Assembly (NCBI GenBank): GCA_037146675.1
Contig: JBAWWR010000003.1
Location: forward strand, 1-56,070
Source: Verrucomicrobiota bacterium
GTDB lineage: Bacteria; Verrucomicrobiota; Verrucomicrobiia; Palsa-1439
Reading direction: 5' to 3'
Length of the DNA: 56,070 bases
Shown here in pieces: positions 55,952 through 56,070 of this stretch. The position numbers and the translations under genes are program-made. The notes under the pieces are model-generated. The model was not told the DNA's origin. It saw only the letters and a list, made by a program, of their open reading frames with translations, and did not search any database. The stretch's first letter is position 1. Every line of letters starts with the position of its first letter.

Positions 55952-56070
55952 GTGAATTTAACTGACCATGCCGCCAAATTGGTGGCCCGCACACGCGCCG
56001 CCGGTGGCTTGGCGCCGGTGGATCTCGCTCGGTTCTGGAGCGATCAGGACCGCGCGTTTGCCAATCCATT
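55952..56070 (+). CDS. 3'-truncated CDS, possibly URO-D family
   Basis: GTG start, open to the window end (MNLTDHAAKLVARTRAAGGLAPVDLARFWSDQDRAFANP); TTGCCG-16-CACAAT ends 8 nt upstream. Confidence 0.5.
   Translation, partial: MNLTDHAAKLVARTRAAGGLAPVDLARFWSDQDRAFANP

Noticed and set aside
1-56070. tRNA, rRNA, CRISPR array or IS element
   Set aside because: Intergenic gaps are short, and no cloverleaf, regularly spaced repeats or transposase motifs were seen by eye; a covariance-model scan would be needed to exclude small RNAs

Overview
A gene-dense bacterial chromosome segment of roughly 58% GC, most likely Verrucomicrobiota or a PVC relative, judged from an intact Amuc_1098-1102-like pilus cluster. 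It is mostly housekeeping: aroD, rpmH-rnpA-yidD-yidC-jag, purH, a MacAB-TolC-type exporter, radC, miaA-hflX, gmhA, mutS, nnr, apgM, ornithine decarboxylase and homospermidine synthase. No rRNA, tRNA, CRISPR array, integrase or transposase was recognised. The least-explained signals are: (1) a PilB/GspE ATPase whose N-terminal domain is replaced by an excisionase/BldC-type HTH, behind an AT-rich palindromic leader; (2) strong over-representation of the palindrome RCCGGY; (3) many apparently leaderless genes with a sigma70 -10 box 6-10 nt from the start codon; (4) a 51-bp duplicated promoter/inverted-repeat element shared by an AT-richer restriction-modification module and its neighbour; (5) relics missed or fragmented in the ORF track, namely a PilC/GspF-like pseudogene and an internally deleted two-gene operon after mutS. 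All family assignments come from motif recognition by eye, not database searches.
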